Source: Octopus vulgaris | Taxonomy: Eukaryota | Length of the DNA: 64,000 nt | NCBI GenBank assembly: GCA_951406725.2 | Contig: OX597825.1 | Coordinates: 50,840,001-50,904,000, forward strand | Direction of reading: 5' to 3' | Shown here: piece by piece, positions 25,386 through 38,665 of the stretch | Position numbering within the stretch: position 1 is the stretch's first letter | How the letters are laid out: the number at the start of each line of letters is the position of its first letter | The notes under the pieces: model-generated | What the model was told of the DNA's origin: nothing | The model's database searches: none | Seen by the model: the letters and a program-made list of their open reading frames with translations, nothing else | Made by a program: the position numbers and the translations under genes

Positions 25386-27439
25386 TTATTGCTGTTTTGT
25401 AATAATAATATGATACCTAGTTCTTTATAAACTAACTTTTTAATGTTAACTGAGTAAAGTAAGGACGAATCCACGGTTTTACTCCCTCAAACCCTATCGT
25501 TTTATTGAATGCTATTGTTGATAGTGCACTCGTCTTATTTACAATATATTGTATTTTCCGGCACACGATTCTACGTAGTTTGTAAACATGTAATGAAACA
25601 TTGAAATATGGTCGTTATTTTTCCAAACGCTGCTGAATTTCACATGGAATTTATTTCTGTTCCTCCAAAGTAGTTTTGATCTAAAAGTGGAGTTCCGATT
25701 TAACTGTAAATTTTGATCCAAAAATTTTGAATTGTATGCTGTAAAATACAGTATGAGGCAAGAAAGATAGCCGGGTAAGTCTTTACGCGTACTACTTTGA
25801 TCATAAGTCTGTTTAATTAAAGATGACGCAGGTTTGAACAGCAACAACATCACTAGTAGCGACAAAAGCATATGGAAAACCCGAAAATATAATTTTCTTT
25901 ATTTAAGAGGCATATATGGGTCCCATATATTGCTACAAGCTTTATAAGATCCGTCAATCTTTTCAGTGATATTTCAAAATATTGTCAGTTGGACCATCAA
26001 TATCTGCTGCTTGTTCAAAACAGAAAAACCTTCACTGACCATCTAAACAAATGTCCAGTCTGTGGCTGATTTTATTCACTGTACAGTACAGAATGGTTCT
26101 GAACATCAAATGATGCGAAAATATAATTTAACATTGAAATTTTATGAGGAGTTAATGATTTCTTACAAACATAATATTGTAAAAGTATTTGGCGCCATTT
26201 CAAAAAGGTCATCTTTTCTTACGTTGACCTCTTATAATTGCATCCTTCACCCTTTACTAACCCATATGCCCAACCTTGATTTAAACATAGATCTACATGT
26301 ACCTAACTACTATAATTGCACTTTTATTGTCTATAATCTGAAGCAGAACAGTTGAACAAAATTGTAGTAAAACAACGGCGATGTTATAAGATGTAAATGG
26401 CTTGAACAGAGTGATTTCTGTTATATATTCTGAAATAAAAGCACCCATTATCATTTTAGTATAATATGATTGTTCTCATTTATCTTCGAGATCTTATCAT
26501 CTCCTGAGAATTACTTTTTATTTTTATCCAATAGATACGGATAGTTTTCGTGTCAAACAGTAATGGCTTCCTCAATTTCGACCAAAACTAATAGTAACTC
26601 ATACTCCCTCATTGCTTTATGTCACAAAGAAAATATCAGAAAAGTAATTTTTTTTTCATTTTCGTGTGCTTTGCTATACATTGATATCTAAGCAAACTTT
26701 AAAGTCACAGTGGTTTGTATATAAACCAAGCCGGAGTAGATTGATGGGAAGTTATATTTAGTGTGATATATAGCGGTGTGTGATTAGATAGATTTTTTAC
26801 AGCAACTGACACAAATCATTTAGAAGAAAAGAAAGAAAATTTCAAAACTAATAACCAGTCAATTACCTCTAATCACATTGGGAAGACAAATCACTACTTG
26901 TGTTAGCATTCTCATTAACCTTTTACTGTGAAAATCAGATAATTTCACACAGCTATTTTCTCGGATGAATCTTACCTATGACGCATTTCCTATTCACTAT
27001 AAATATCTGAAAGAAATTTGAGAATCATAGAATATCCCGAATAACAAATACATTCCCTTGACTTTATTTTTTTTCTTAAATACCAAATCGGTAAAATGTT
27101 TCGTGTTCAATTAAGATCTCTGAATGCATGAGCTGTTGACTGTGTCTGTATCACAGAATTAATTCGAAACTGTGTTGAAGAATAAATTTGATTGTACGAA
27201 CACAGTCATTGATACTTCGGTAGCCCATTCACGGATAATACTTTCCATTAAGGTTCGTACATTACTCTTTTACATCCCGAACATAATTAAGGCAGCATTT
27301 TACTAATGCACTTAATTTATATTGGTCAAATATTTTGAGAAACCGTTACCATTAGCGAAAATTTGTAGAACATACAGTTGCTAAATTGTTTAATTGTTCA
27401 ATTTGCTAATTGCGGTCATATATATATATATATATATAC

Positions 27440-27503
<64 letters not shown>

Positions 27504-28296
27504 GGTTTGAAGTAATTAGCGTAATAAGGAAATTAATCGTTCACATAAATTAGGTATTATTTGGTGAGAGTTTTCAGTAAAATAGCTAATATTCGATTAA
27601 TTGGCTTCTCTTGAATGGCAATGAGACCACATAGATAAGTGTTTACTTGTGTCATGGAAAACCGTCAATTTCTACAGGAAACTATATGCACAATTGAATA
27701 CATACCAGTAATATTCTGGATAATAATGGAACTTAATTATCGAACGTAATGGTGGCGAGAGTAAGTGAATTGTGAAGTCGATTCGAAATGATTTTGAAGT
27801 GAGAACCTGCTTAACGAATCGCCTTGACTATTTATTATTTCTGGCTATTTTACAATAATTGCGTAAACAGTATCATAAATATTATCGGTAGTTCCTGTGT
27901 TTTATTAGAACTTATATTCGGACTAGTGTTCTCATCTTGGTCCAGCATTTCACTCGTTGAACCGTGTAGGTGGATGTTGTAATTGATAATATAGTGGCAG
28001 TTTAGAGCAGAACCCATTATTAAATCTTCAGAGGTTGATTGTTGCTCGCCCATCATTGTGTATACAAGGGATATTCATGTATTAGCTATTTGGCTAGATG
28101 TGGTGTCACCTTTTCGTTCCACTTGAACCACATTATGAAGTTGAGTCAAAAAATAAAGCAATTTTTATCATAAGAGGCGCATTAGCCAATGGAGTTATTG
28201 AATATGTGATAACGGCTTATATACTCTCGGACTTTAATTTTCTAAGTTGTTTTTGAGATATATGAATAAATAGCTAATATCAAAATGGCTGCACAG

Positions 28297-29310
28297 TGGA
28301 AGTGTATCAGAAGCAAAGAACAGTAAATGAGTCCCTTGTTTCTGAACGATACGCTCCTCTAAACATTCATAAAAGACTGAAAGATGTTTGCAAATATAAA
28401 GCTGTAGACTACAACTGTGTGTGGAGATGAGTCCACCGTCTGAATGAGGATTTAATAGACCAAAAGGAATTGGGAAATTCAAGATGAGAAGACACGCAAC
28501 GTAGAGGTAACGCGTGAACTACCGTCAACTCTTCCAAAAAGGAAAAGCTTCAATGAGAGCTGATAGGCGCATAACCATTGTTGAGCTGGTATCAGAGCTT
28601 AGCGTTATCCATAACAGACATTAATCAGTCACTTGAAAATGTGTGTGTCTATTAGGTACCAAAACAACTGGCTGGCGAGCATAGAACTGGAAGGGTTAAC
28701 TATTGAAATGAAGTCATTGAACTCAGTGAGGTAAAAACCTTCTATCAAAGGTTCATAATTGGTGATGGAACTGGAATTCCTCATTAGAAACCAGAATAAA
28801 AAGACAATCAATGGAATGGCATCATTCGACGTCTCCAAAGTTATAAATGTTTAAAGGAGAAAAGCCAGTTGGAAAAATCATAACAACTCTCTTTCGGGAC
28901 GCCCAAAGTAATATTCTTGTCAATTTATTGGCAAGTGGCAACAGTCAACCCTTAAAAGACTTCGAGCACGAATCAACCGAGTAAGTCCAAATTTAAAGTT
29001 GAATAATGTTCTTCTTCAAAAGGACAATGCCAGGCTTCACTTAAAACTCAGAACAAGGGAGGTAAACTCTTGTTTCGGGTGTACAACTCTGTCGCATTCT
29101 CCCTACTCAACTGACTTAGTACCCTCAGACCTTCATCTCTTTGGTCCAAAGAAAGAGGCACTGGGAGACAAACATGTTAGTGATGAAGAAGTAAAGAATT
29201 GGTTATGTCAGCAGCCAACTGAGTTTTACGGATCTGGGAGACATGCCCTTATTCGTAAGTGGAACACTGCCATTGGAAGTAGTGGTGACTATGTTGAAAA
29301 GGAGGAAATT
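28297..29310 (+). mobile_element. mariner transposase fossil
   Basis: QKQRTVNESL..IHKRLKDV, *VPKQL, IIGDGT..KRQSMEWHH..SP, LLQKDNARLH, HSPYSTDLVPSDLHLFGP.KEAL, W..AI..GDYVEK. Confidence 0.88.
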
Positions 29311-29658
29311 CATCCTGTAATGTGTATCTATATTTTGATGTGCATTATATATCGCCAGGCGAAGGGGTCGAACACACACTCAATAGCGAAGCTACTACAC
29401 CTACTCAACCACGCTGACAACTTTCCTGTGGGATAATCAAGTGATGTAAATAAAGATGTTTGAGAATAAATGGGTTCATGGTCTTAAACAGTGGTAAATG
29501 GGTTCCTTGTATTTGTGTGCTAAACGGGTAAGACCCCAAAGTGTCTTTTTTTCTTAAGCGCAAATTTTAGATTCATTTTCACTTTAAAGAAGTTTAACAA
29601 CTGGCATAATAAAATTTACAGTCGCATTATTGAAAAATGTCGTAGAATATTCACTTAC

Positions 29659-29770
29659 CTTTGATGGTGGCCATATCTAAAATCTTTTGAAGCATCAGTT
29701 GATGATGTCCGCTGTTCTCAATCGTGAAACATCGATTGATGATATCCGACGCTAAAGAATTAATTTCCAT
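29659..29770 (-). CDS. candidate short coding exon of an unidentified host gene (MEINSLASDIINRCFTIENSGHHQLMLQKILDMATIK)
   Basis: ATG plus 37 open codons ending in a consensus donor AAG|GTAAGT; also TTTTTTAAAG acceptor-like just upstream; non-repetitive context; no homology recognised. Confidence 0.25.
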
Positions 29771-32700
29771 TCTTTAAAAAATATAGGTTCCCGTAGGGTA
29801 TCCATCACTATGCAGCGCCAAATGATGAATTATCAAAGCCCAATATACATTTTGATTCTTTAAATCGTCTTGCCTTCCAGTGTTGCAACCGTTCTTTTAT
29901 CTTGCCTTTGTTTCACTAAAGACAATGACATACTTTTGTCCTAGTTTTTCTATCTCATTACGAATTACAGTTTTACAATGTACCTTTATTTTTAATTTTA
30001 GGGGCCATAGCTGCGTGTGTGCATGAAGGTCACTACAAACCCCTCTTAATTATAATTTAGCTGCCGGAATACTTTAAAGTTTAATCGCATGAACAAAAAA
30101 TAAATAAAAACAAAAATAAATCGGGCTCGGTTGATCTTTCTGCGAAAGAATACAATAAAGACAAGTCAATAAAGAGAGGCCAACAGTGAAAGGTAAAGCG
30201 ACTTAAAGTAGCAGTTCATTTACTGGTCTTTGTTAACCTCCTCACTCAGAATAGCATAGAGAGAAACAGCTTTTAAGAAAATAAAAGTAAAACCCCACCT
30301 TAATCTTACAACTAAAAATCAAGTTTAAAGATTCTATTTCCATTAGCTAAGTATATGTTAGTGGATATACGTATTGTTTAAATGTAGTAAGTTTAGTAAC
30401 GGAGAATGAGCTCATTCGCTGGGTCAATGAAAAACAAATTATTGTTTAAGTACACAGTATGTAACATCACAAATATGTTAGACTAAACAATAGACGAGGA
30501 CGAGTTCAACCACCGGTTCAGTCAATATATACTATAATCACAAATAGGAAAAATATCCCTCATATAAACAGTAGCATGAGAATAATCTGTATATGTGCAT
30601 TTAGTAACGATTACTGTACGAAATTCTAAGAAAGCCCCTAAACAGTACAAGAATTATCTGAAGAAATCTGAGACATAACAGTAGTTATTGTGACAATAAC
30701 TACCAAAATGAAGTGGCTAACGTGAATATATCAAAGTGTAGTGATGATGTTTCGCCAACCCAAGCAATTCCACACAAACTTCTAATCTGTTTGCTTGATG
30801 TGTCAATCCTAATTTTATCTACTTCATGACACACTGCTTTCATGGTTTGGTTCAATGTTTGAACCTAATCATGATTGTATCTTCAATAAGTTTTACTGAC
30901 AGGAATATTCGATACTTAGGTAAGCTTAGGTATTCGATTAGCTGTTCAATATCATAACAATTGGGCCAGCTGCAATTTTCAGATTATGTAGAGAAATGAT
31001 TGATTAGTAATAATAGATTAGAAGATATTGCATAGCGGCTGAGTGAGTAGCGCGTCAGACAGATAACAGCTGTATCGATGTAAAAGTAGAAATAATATAC
31101 GTAACTTGAGTAGATATCATTACTACTGCAAGCTGTATGAGTTTTATCACAGATCCCCATAATAATTATCCGTTAGTATCGGCAATAAGCATATCATAGT
31201 TCGTCAATTGAATATCTACTCATGTTGTGAAAGTATGCTTGGCTGAGTATTCCACAGATACGCTTACCCTTAATGTAATGTTCAAGCCGAATGAAAGTGA
31301 AATGTTATACTGCTTGACTTTTGAATAACAAGCACAAATGCTTTGAGAAAGGAAAGATGAGAAGAATCTATTCTAGATAAGTCTGGCAATTCCCAAAAAG
31401 ACGAGAGGAAAAGATTACTTTTGTAGGAGTTGAACTCAGTATGCAGAGAGCTGGAACATATATTGTAAGGCCTTCTATTTGATAAAGATAGAAATCACAA
31501 TATAGTATAGCTCTAGATATACAATGACTGAATTTAAGATAAAATAATCAAATTAGAATACTTTTGATTAGAGTTTTTTTTCTTTACCAGGAAGGATTTG
31601 AGGACGAACATCAATAGCAAAGATATAAAACGCTAAGTAATTTAGTTATGAGTTTCAATAGTTATTATGGCGTGGTTAAATTCAGAATAAAAGAGGCTGG
31701 ACAATATTTACCACACTGTGATTTGTATAGAACAAATGTAACAAGGTGGGTATAATTCATCTGAGAAGTTAACATGTATTTTCCGTCTCATATGGTTCGG
31801 CTCGGTAAGAGATATATATCCAAGATTTCATGTGGCGAGGCCGAATCCGGGATTTCATGATTAAGAAGTGAATTTCTTAACCACTAGGCCCTTACAGTAC
31901 GTCTGTGAATCTAAGGAAGAATTATTAAATTCGATACATAGTAAACTTAATTGTTTTAGAAAGTGTAAAAGTTCTCGAGAAATCCTTTATCTGTGGAAAT
32001 ATCAGGAACCAAAAATCCGATGAAAGAAGACAATGTGACAAATATAATTAGCAAAAACAGAAGCCTGTCAGTGAAAATGGAGTTGTTGAATAGTTTTATG
32101 GAAGAAGAATGCCTGAAGCTGAATAGCTACAATGCTATAGGGAGATACGTTCTGAATGTATTAAGAACGTTTCGCTGTTTATAAACGCTAACAGAAGGCA
32201 TGTTGCTTTGTTAAATATTCTGCTAGCTTGAACAACACAAAACCTTGTTGAAAGTATGTTCTCATATTACATTTTCACAAAAGCTGAGATATATACTGAT
32301 TGTGTGTATAGAGTAGAATAAAACATTCTATTACAAGGGTTTGGGTCTTTTCACAAATAAATCTTAGAGAATGACAGTATGAAGAAATATAATTTCACTA
32401 AATATTTTTTTCCTCCTACATCCAGAGCGGAGGGCTCAATTGTACGTCAAAATATATTATAGTGTGTCTTCATGGAAACATTAAACCTGTTGGCTACGAA
32501 ATATCTGGACTTATGTTGCTATTTTTTCCTTACATACGTTATAAAAACATTTTTGGAAAGGTGAAATAACGGTTTGTCTGCTCAATCCCAGAAGACACTG
32601 TACACACACACACATACACACACACGAATAACTTAGTACATAAATTTGCATGTCTACTTTTAGAGACACTCATCTTACTGTGCAAATACATTTAGTTGTT

Positions 32701-33746
32701 ACGACAGGGAGCACTCTTTCTGCAGAATAGTCGATAGCAACATCACTAATTTAAAGTGTTATTATCAGCTCGTCAAGTTGTTTTAATTCCTCCGTCCTCA
32801 AGGATAGATGAAGGAAAAATTAGTAAAAAAAAGTGAAGTAGAAAGAAGACTAAGCTTCAGCAAAAGTGTCTAGTCAAGTAACGGGTTGTGTGTTTTTATT
32901 TTGCATGTTGAGTTAACCTCAGTTGATATGGGTGGTTTCTACTTTATGAGCTTGTTCATGTCAGTGGAAATACTAACTGCCTTGCCAGTAGTTCTTGATG
33001 AATATTTTGTTCCTATATTTATTGACATTTAAGACTGAAAAGTTTTGGCGGGTTAAAATACTTTGTTTTTTAAAAATGTAGTTCAAACAAGACGATATTT
33101 TCGCAAATTTTCCTGTTTGGAATTGCAGCGGAATGCAGCTAACTTTACTTTCGAATTCGTTGGATTGTATGAATACGGATGGGTGCTGTCTCGTAAAATA
33201 TATGCTTGATTGATAACAAATTAGTTAAACTTTATTGAACCTTAGTATCATTTTTAAACCACTTGTTTATGTAAGCCTTATAATCATAAGTCTACTAAAA
33301 TGTTTGTGCATAAATCACATTAAATTGAATAAAGTTTAGTTATCCTGAAATTGATCATCAAAGAAATTAATGATGACTAAGTTAGTAGTAAAAATTGTTT
33401 CGGCTGAAATTACTTAATGTGTTTAGAAGTCATTCCGTAAATTCTGTCCGTTGACAAATCTAGGTATACCCAACACAATATCCCAAAACTGCTAATTTAT
33501 TGTAGTAAGTTTCCGAAAAATTCTAGATTCTTGAGATTATTCCCCATTTCGTTTGTGCCAGCTGCCAAAAGGCGATTGCTTTACCTTCAATGGAAGGGAA
33601 AATAATTTCAGTAAATAAAAGGAATAAGTTGTGAGTTAGGTTATATATCTTTATTCGTCCTTTTAAAATTCATGCTGTTGGCCACTCTAAGTAATTCTCT
33701 TACTTTGATGTATTTTTTAAAATCATATACATGTAAATATATGTGT

Positions 33747-33797
<51 letters not shown>

Positions 33798-34688
33798 CGT
33801 AGTCTGATCAATAAGTATCTGCACTGTTGCCATAGTAACGTGATTAAGGTACACAGAGTAAAGCCGCTTCGCACAGATTCACCTTGAACTCTGCTGTGCA
33901 TGCGCACTAAATTTTAACATTCTAGCTCACTTCCGTTATTTACAGCAGTGCTTGGAACAAAGATGCGGAGCGCATGATCATCGCAATGACTGACAGAGAA
34001 AGTTGAGCGAAGTATCTGAATCAAATTTTGCCAAAAGCCTGGTGATACCTGCTCAGAGGCCTGCGCAAAGGTTTCAGAAAGTTTTCATCGTTCTCGACAC
34101 AATAAAGGAAGCCTTGTGCAACTGGCACCCGAGTGAGTTTTGGACAGGTGAAAGCTGTTTTGGCATAAACTTGGGAGACACGCGTCTCATACCCAAATCT
34201 TTAGTGATACTGGAGTGAACTGAACCGAACTAATCTGCACATCCTCTGATAAATCACAGATGGTGATTCGACAATTTCCCCTCACAGCTGCACGTACACC
34301 TGCGATGTGTTTCGCAGTTCTGTTGGTTGCACGTCTCCCAGAACATTCGTCAATAGCAACATTTTTTCGACTATCTAGGAAACGTCTGAACTACTCGTAC
34401 ACTTGTGTGCGGCTCATGCACTACTCTCCATACACTTTCTGCAACTTTGCGCTGGCCCCTGAGAAGGTATCACCATGACAACTTACTCTGTCATGGTCAA
34501 TGCAATGATCACACGCTATACATCTTCTTGCCAAGCACTTCTGCAAACAGCGGAAGTGAGCCAGAACGTTAAAATTTAGTGGACATGCACAACAGAGTTC
34601 AACGTCAATCTGTGTCCAGCATCTTTACTCTGGATGCTTTAGGTTTGTTACTATGACAACAGTCGGGATACTTATTAATCAGACCTCG
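33798..34688. mobile_element. palindromic mariner derivative built from two transposon 5' ends
   Basis: ~210-bp inverted arms starting CG(T/A)(A/G)GTCTGAT(C/T)AATAAGTATC; both arms run into the transposase N-terminus (EKVE..IKFC on plus; KVYGE*CMSRTQVYE*FRRF..SGR..LGMRRVSPKFMPKQLS on minus). Confidence 0.85.
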
Positions 34689-34691
34689 TGC

Positions 34692-34733
<42 letters not shown>

Positions 34734-34937
34734 GTAGTTGAATGAATTATCTTATTAAGGATAATTCGAAAGATAACCGATACCTGGGTAGCAAATTCAC
34801 ATCAGAAAGAACACGGTTGAAGTTACGTCCCTAGGGCATAGACTACGTGCTTTCGTGCGGAAATTTGTATGTTTATTTTAAAAATATAAGTTTATGAAAG
34901 AATGGAGTTGAACGACTTGTTAACAAATTTCCTTTAT

Positions 34938-35018
34938 TTTCGACATATGTTTCGAAGGCTGCATATTCCTAATTCCGAAGGAATAAGGAGTACATTATGC
35001 AGATTTCTCATTAGGAAA
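34938..35018 (-). ncRNA. minimal type I hammerhead ribozyme, left-arm copy (G5>A)
   Basis: TTTC-CTAATGA-GAAATCTGCATA..TATGCAGCCTTC-GAAA-C-ATAT-GTC-GAAA. Confidence 0.7.
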
Positions 35019-35151
35019 GGCAAGGAACTTATGTCGACATCAAAATGCACAAAAACTTTTAGCTGACTGCTCTCAATGAGCCCATGGGTTCATTGAGAGC
35101 AGTCAGCTAAACGTTTTTTGTGCATTTTGATGTCGACATAAGTTCCTTGCC

Positions 35152-35218
35152 TTTCCTGATGAAAAATCTGCATAATGTATTCCTTCGGAATATGCAGCCT
35201 TCGAAACATATGTCGAAA
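35152..35218 (+). ncRNA. minimal type I hammerhead ribozyme, right-arm copy (core intact, A10.1-C11.1 mismatch)
   Basis: TTTC-CTGATGA-AAAATCTGCATA..TATGCAGCCTTC-GAAA-C-ATAT-GTC-GAAA; stem I TTTC/GAAA; GUC site at 35212-35214. Confidence 0.8.
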
Positions 35219-35384
35219 ATAAAGGAAATTTGTTAACAAGTCGTTCAACTCCATTCTTTCATAAACTTATATATATATATATATACTTTATTTAAAAGCA
35301 GCAGAAATATAACAAAAGCTGTTACCCTACCTCTGGTATTGGAGTACTCTTTTTTCCACCTTGTTTCACATTTATGTGCTTACT

Positions 35385-35432
<48 letters not shown>

Positions 35433-35574
35433 GGTATTTTAACGTGTATAAAGAACATCCTAATTTTGGGGCCTTAAAATTTGCAATAAAATTTTTTTTA
35501 AGAAATTATAATACTATCCACGTGTAACAAACTCATATATTTTTAACCTAATTTTTTACAAAAGAGGGTGTCTT

Positions 35575-38500
35575 ATACACGTTAAAAATAACCATAACGA
35601 AAGCAAACTCTGGTGCCGGTCCAATAACCATAGCAAAAACAATACCAACCTATTCGGCATAACCATGGGATCATCTGATTCAGCTCAGGTCACTGACTTA
35701 GTTGGACTATATATACTACATCAGCTCTATATACATTTCCCTAACATCAAGGGAGGCCTATACAGGGATGACGCTTTATTAGTTACCAAAAGCATAAATA
35801 AACCATCCTTGGAAAGAACTAGAAAGGATCTACATAAATTCTTCTCTTACCTAAAACTATCTATCACATTCCAAAACGCCCACAAAACTGGTAACTTTCT
35901 TGACACAACTTTAAACTTATCAACCTCCTAGTACTACCCTTACAACAAACCTAACCAATATCTTAAATACCATAGCATCCACTCCAATCACCACAAATCC
36001 ATTTTCGATAACATAATCAAGGGCATCTCAACCCGCATATCCGATCTCTCTTCTACTAAGGAAATTTTCAGTAATCACGCACCATATAATCAAGCACCTA
36101 CCACTAGCGGCTTTTCCCAACAAATAGAATACATCTATAACACCAGGCTCAAACAATACATATCACAAATCACATCTCAAACACGTACCAACCATCACAA
36201 TCGCAACCAACCACAAACACTCGTCGATGGAACCCTAGAAGGTCTTACACCTAGGCAACCGAGACCCCACAAACATTCATTTAACACTAGGTCTAAAACG
36301 AAAACAACTAAAACAGCTAACAACAACAGGCCTCGCCACCCACATACCTTCTCCAAGAATATAGATAGCACTGCTTTATCTAAAAACTTGGATGGCACTA
36401 CTCCCAGACCCCCTAAAAAAGCGGCTGATGATCTATTCAATGGTACACCCCGCCACTTTCGCTGAACGTTAAGTACTTAGCTAAATTCTTCACTAAAATA
36501 CCAGACTCTAACTTTCCTCGGCAGCATAAATATCATTCTATCTTTTATCGAACCACCCTGAAACTATCTTATTCTACCTCACCCAACTTCGAATATATTG
36601 TAGCAGCCTCTAATAAGCAAAAGCTTTCTCTTTACTATCAACACTCACATAACTACAACTCTAGTGATATAAACACACAACACACACAGCTCCAGCATAG
36701 ATACCCTTACATTAGACAACAACCACAACCCAAACCATCCTACTGACATTATCCAGAACACCACCACAATCTATACCACCCTTACAAATAGTACAATTAA
36801 TAACAACAATAATAATAGCAATTGTGGTAATGATAACGTTAATAATACTAATAATATAGAATCTTCTACCCCACTTCTCTAATCTCTCCTCTGATGATAT
36901 TACCTCATCTATTCCTGAACATAGTCCCCAAAATTCACCTAATTCTAATTGCCGTCCTGGAACCATCTGCCCATTACAAAACCATTGCAGAAGAGATAAT
37001 GTAATTTACAAATGCACTGTCCTTAATCTATTACACAACTCTACCGCCATATACATAAAAATCAACCAAACATTTTAAGCAACGATATGCCACTCACCTC
37101 CATTCTTGTAGATACGATAAACATAGTAAATCTACAACACTCGCCAACCACATACATCATCTCAAAAATACAAATATACTCTATACTCTATCATTGCCCA
37201 TACTAGACTCAGGGCTTCCTTACCGAGGTCAACGCTCAACCTGCAAACTTTGCCTGAAGGAGACACTTCACATATTAAAGCACAACACTCCAGCACTGCT
37301 AAATGAACATAATGAGGTACTAAGCACATGCAACCACCGCTTTTTAAAAACATTCAAATTCTACCACAAATCCAAATGCCTAAATGACCATACAGTATAT
37401 TTCCACAATACCTCTTAGGTAATCCCAATAACCTTATAAATCTACATTCTAACTCTTAATCCCTATCTAATTCCTCACTAATACTCGAATATCATAACCA
37501 TCTAAATATATTCGTGTGTATAAGCGTTCATGCATACGTGCGTGTATGTGTACGTGTGTGTGTATGTGTGTATGTGTGTATGTGTGAATATATGTGTGTA
37601 TGCAAGGTATGTATACCTGCGTATAGAGGGATGACAATACATACAGATACACGTATATATGGGTGTGCATGTGTACATATACACATGAGTACGAGTTGTA
37701 TATGTAGATATTGACATGTATAAACATCTGTAAAAATATATATATACATGTATAATGTATACATATGTATACATCTTCACATATGTATACATCTTCACAT
37801 ATTTTATTCTGCTACTAATCACTGACCTGTCCAGCCTCCTAATCTATATTCCTAAATTCTTCATTCCATACTACTACCCCTCTCTCTCTCTCTGCACCAT
37901 CACTTAGACTCTCTCACTACATAACTGACACTCCTTTACTTTTTATACCTGTCTATCACCCACCATTCCTTCTATCTTTTTACACTGTAATACCTTTCTC
38001 TCTCTATCACCCTCATCTCCCCATTCCTAATTTCAAATGATCTTGACTGACCACTAACTAGTACACTTTCCCTTATTATCTATCTCCTTGTTTTTCTGCT
38101 TTCTTTTATTCTTTCTTTTCTTTATTCCTCTCTTCCTGTTCTTCCTTCTTTTTCTTCTCTTTTCTTCTCTTTTTTCTCTTTTCTTTATTCCTCTCTTCCT
38201 GTTTTCGATTTGACCTTACAAATTCATTCCTTATTTTTAGGTCACTTTAAATAAAATCCTTGATTCAATACTGTATACAAACTCTATACTTGGAATGACC
38301 GATTCTAGATACTATTGGATTTTACTTATAATGTACTGTAATCTTATATGTATACTATTCTGCCTAAATAAAGGATCTACAAATGCAATATCCCTGCATA
38401 TCTCACATCTATTTCCATCCCTTCACTTCACTCTCTATTTCGTATCTTATCTAAATTAACAATTGCTTAACCATCTTCTCGTGCCGTCTCCGAATGAAGA

Positions 38501-38593
38501 GATATAATAAATATCCTGGAAACAGCTGTAAGACCTATTTATAAATGTTCTAAAATCTTCACAGTCTTGTGTTTCTTCTCATTCTGAAAACAA

Positions 38594-38600
<7 letters not shown>
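35575..38600 (+). mobile_element. Naiad-like Penelope-like retroelement, 5'-truncated: RT, low-complexity linker, GIY-YIG, long 3' region and pLTR
   Basis: ITMGSSDSAQVTDLVGLYIL, GLYRDDAL, NFLDTTLNL, SNH; EN NCRPGTICPLQNHC..NVIYKCTV..FKQRY..H..STTLANHI..CKLCLKE..LLNEHNE..CNH; hammerhead-like motif at the 3' end. Confidence 0.88.
38486..38534 (+). ncRNA. decayed minimal hammerhead in the Naiad-like 3' pLTR
   Basis: GTCT-CCGAATGA-AGAGATA..TATCCTG-GAAA-C-AGCT-GTA-AGAC; stem I GTCT/AGAC; CUGAUGA box mutated. Confidence 0.55.

Positions 38601-38659
<59 letters not shown>

Positions 38660-38665
<6 letters not shown>

Larger units (their letters stand above)
34884..35272. repeat. spacerless ~390-bp near-perfect palindrome with a hammerhead in each arm
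   Basis: Arms 34884-35084 and 35085-35272 centred on CCCA|TGGG; few mismatches and small indels inside hammerhead stem II. Confidence 0.95.

Noticed and set aside
25539-26355. ORFs 25539-25871 (-) and 26062-26355 (+)
   Set aside because: No motif, splice-site pair or homology recognised; compatible with chance in this composition
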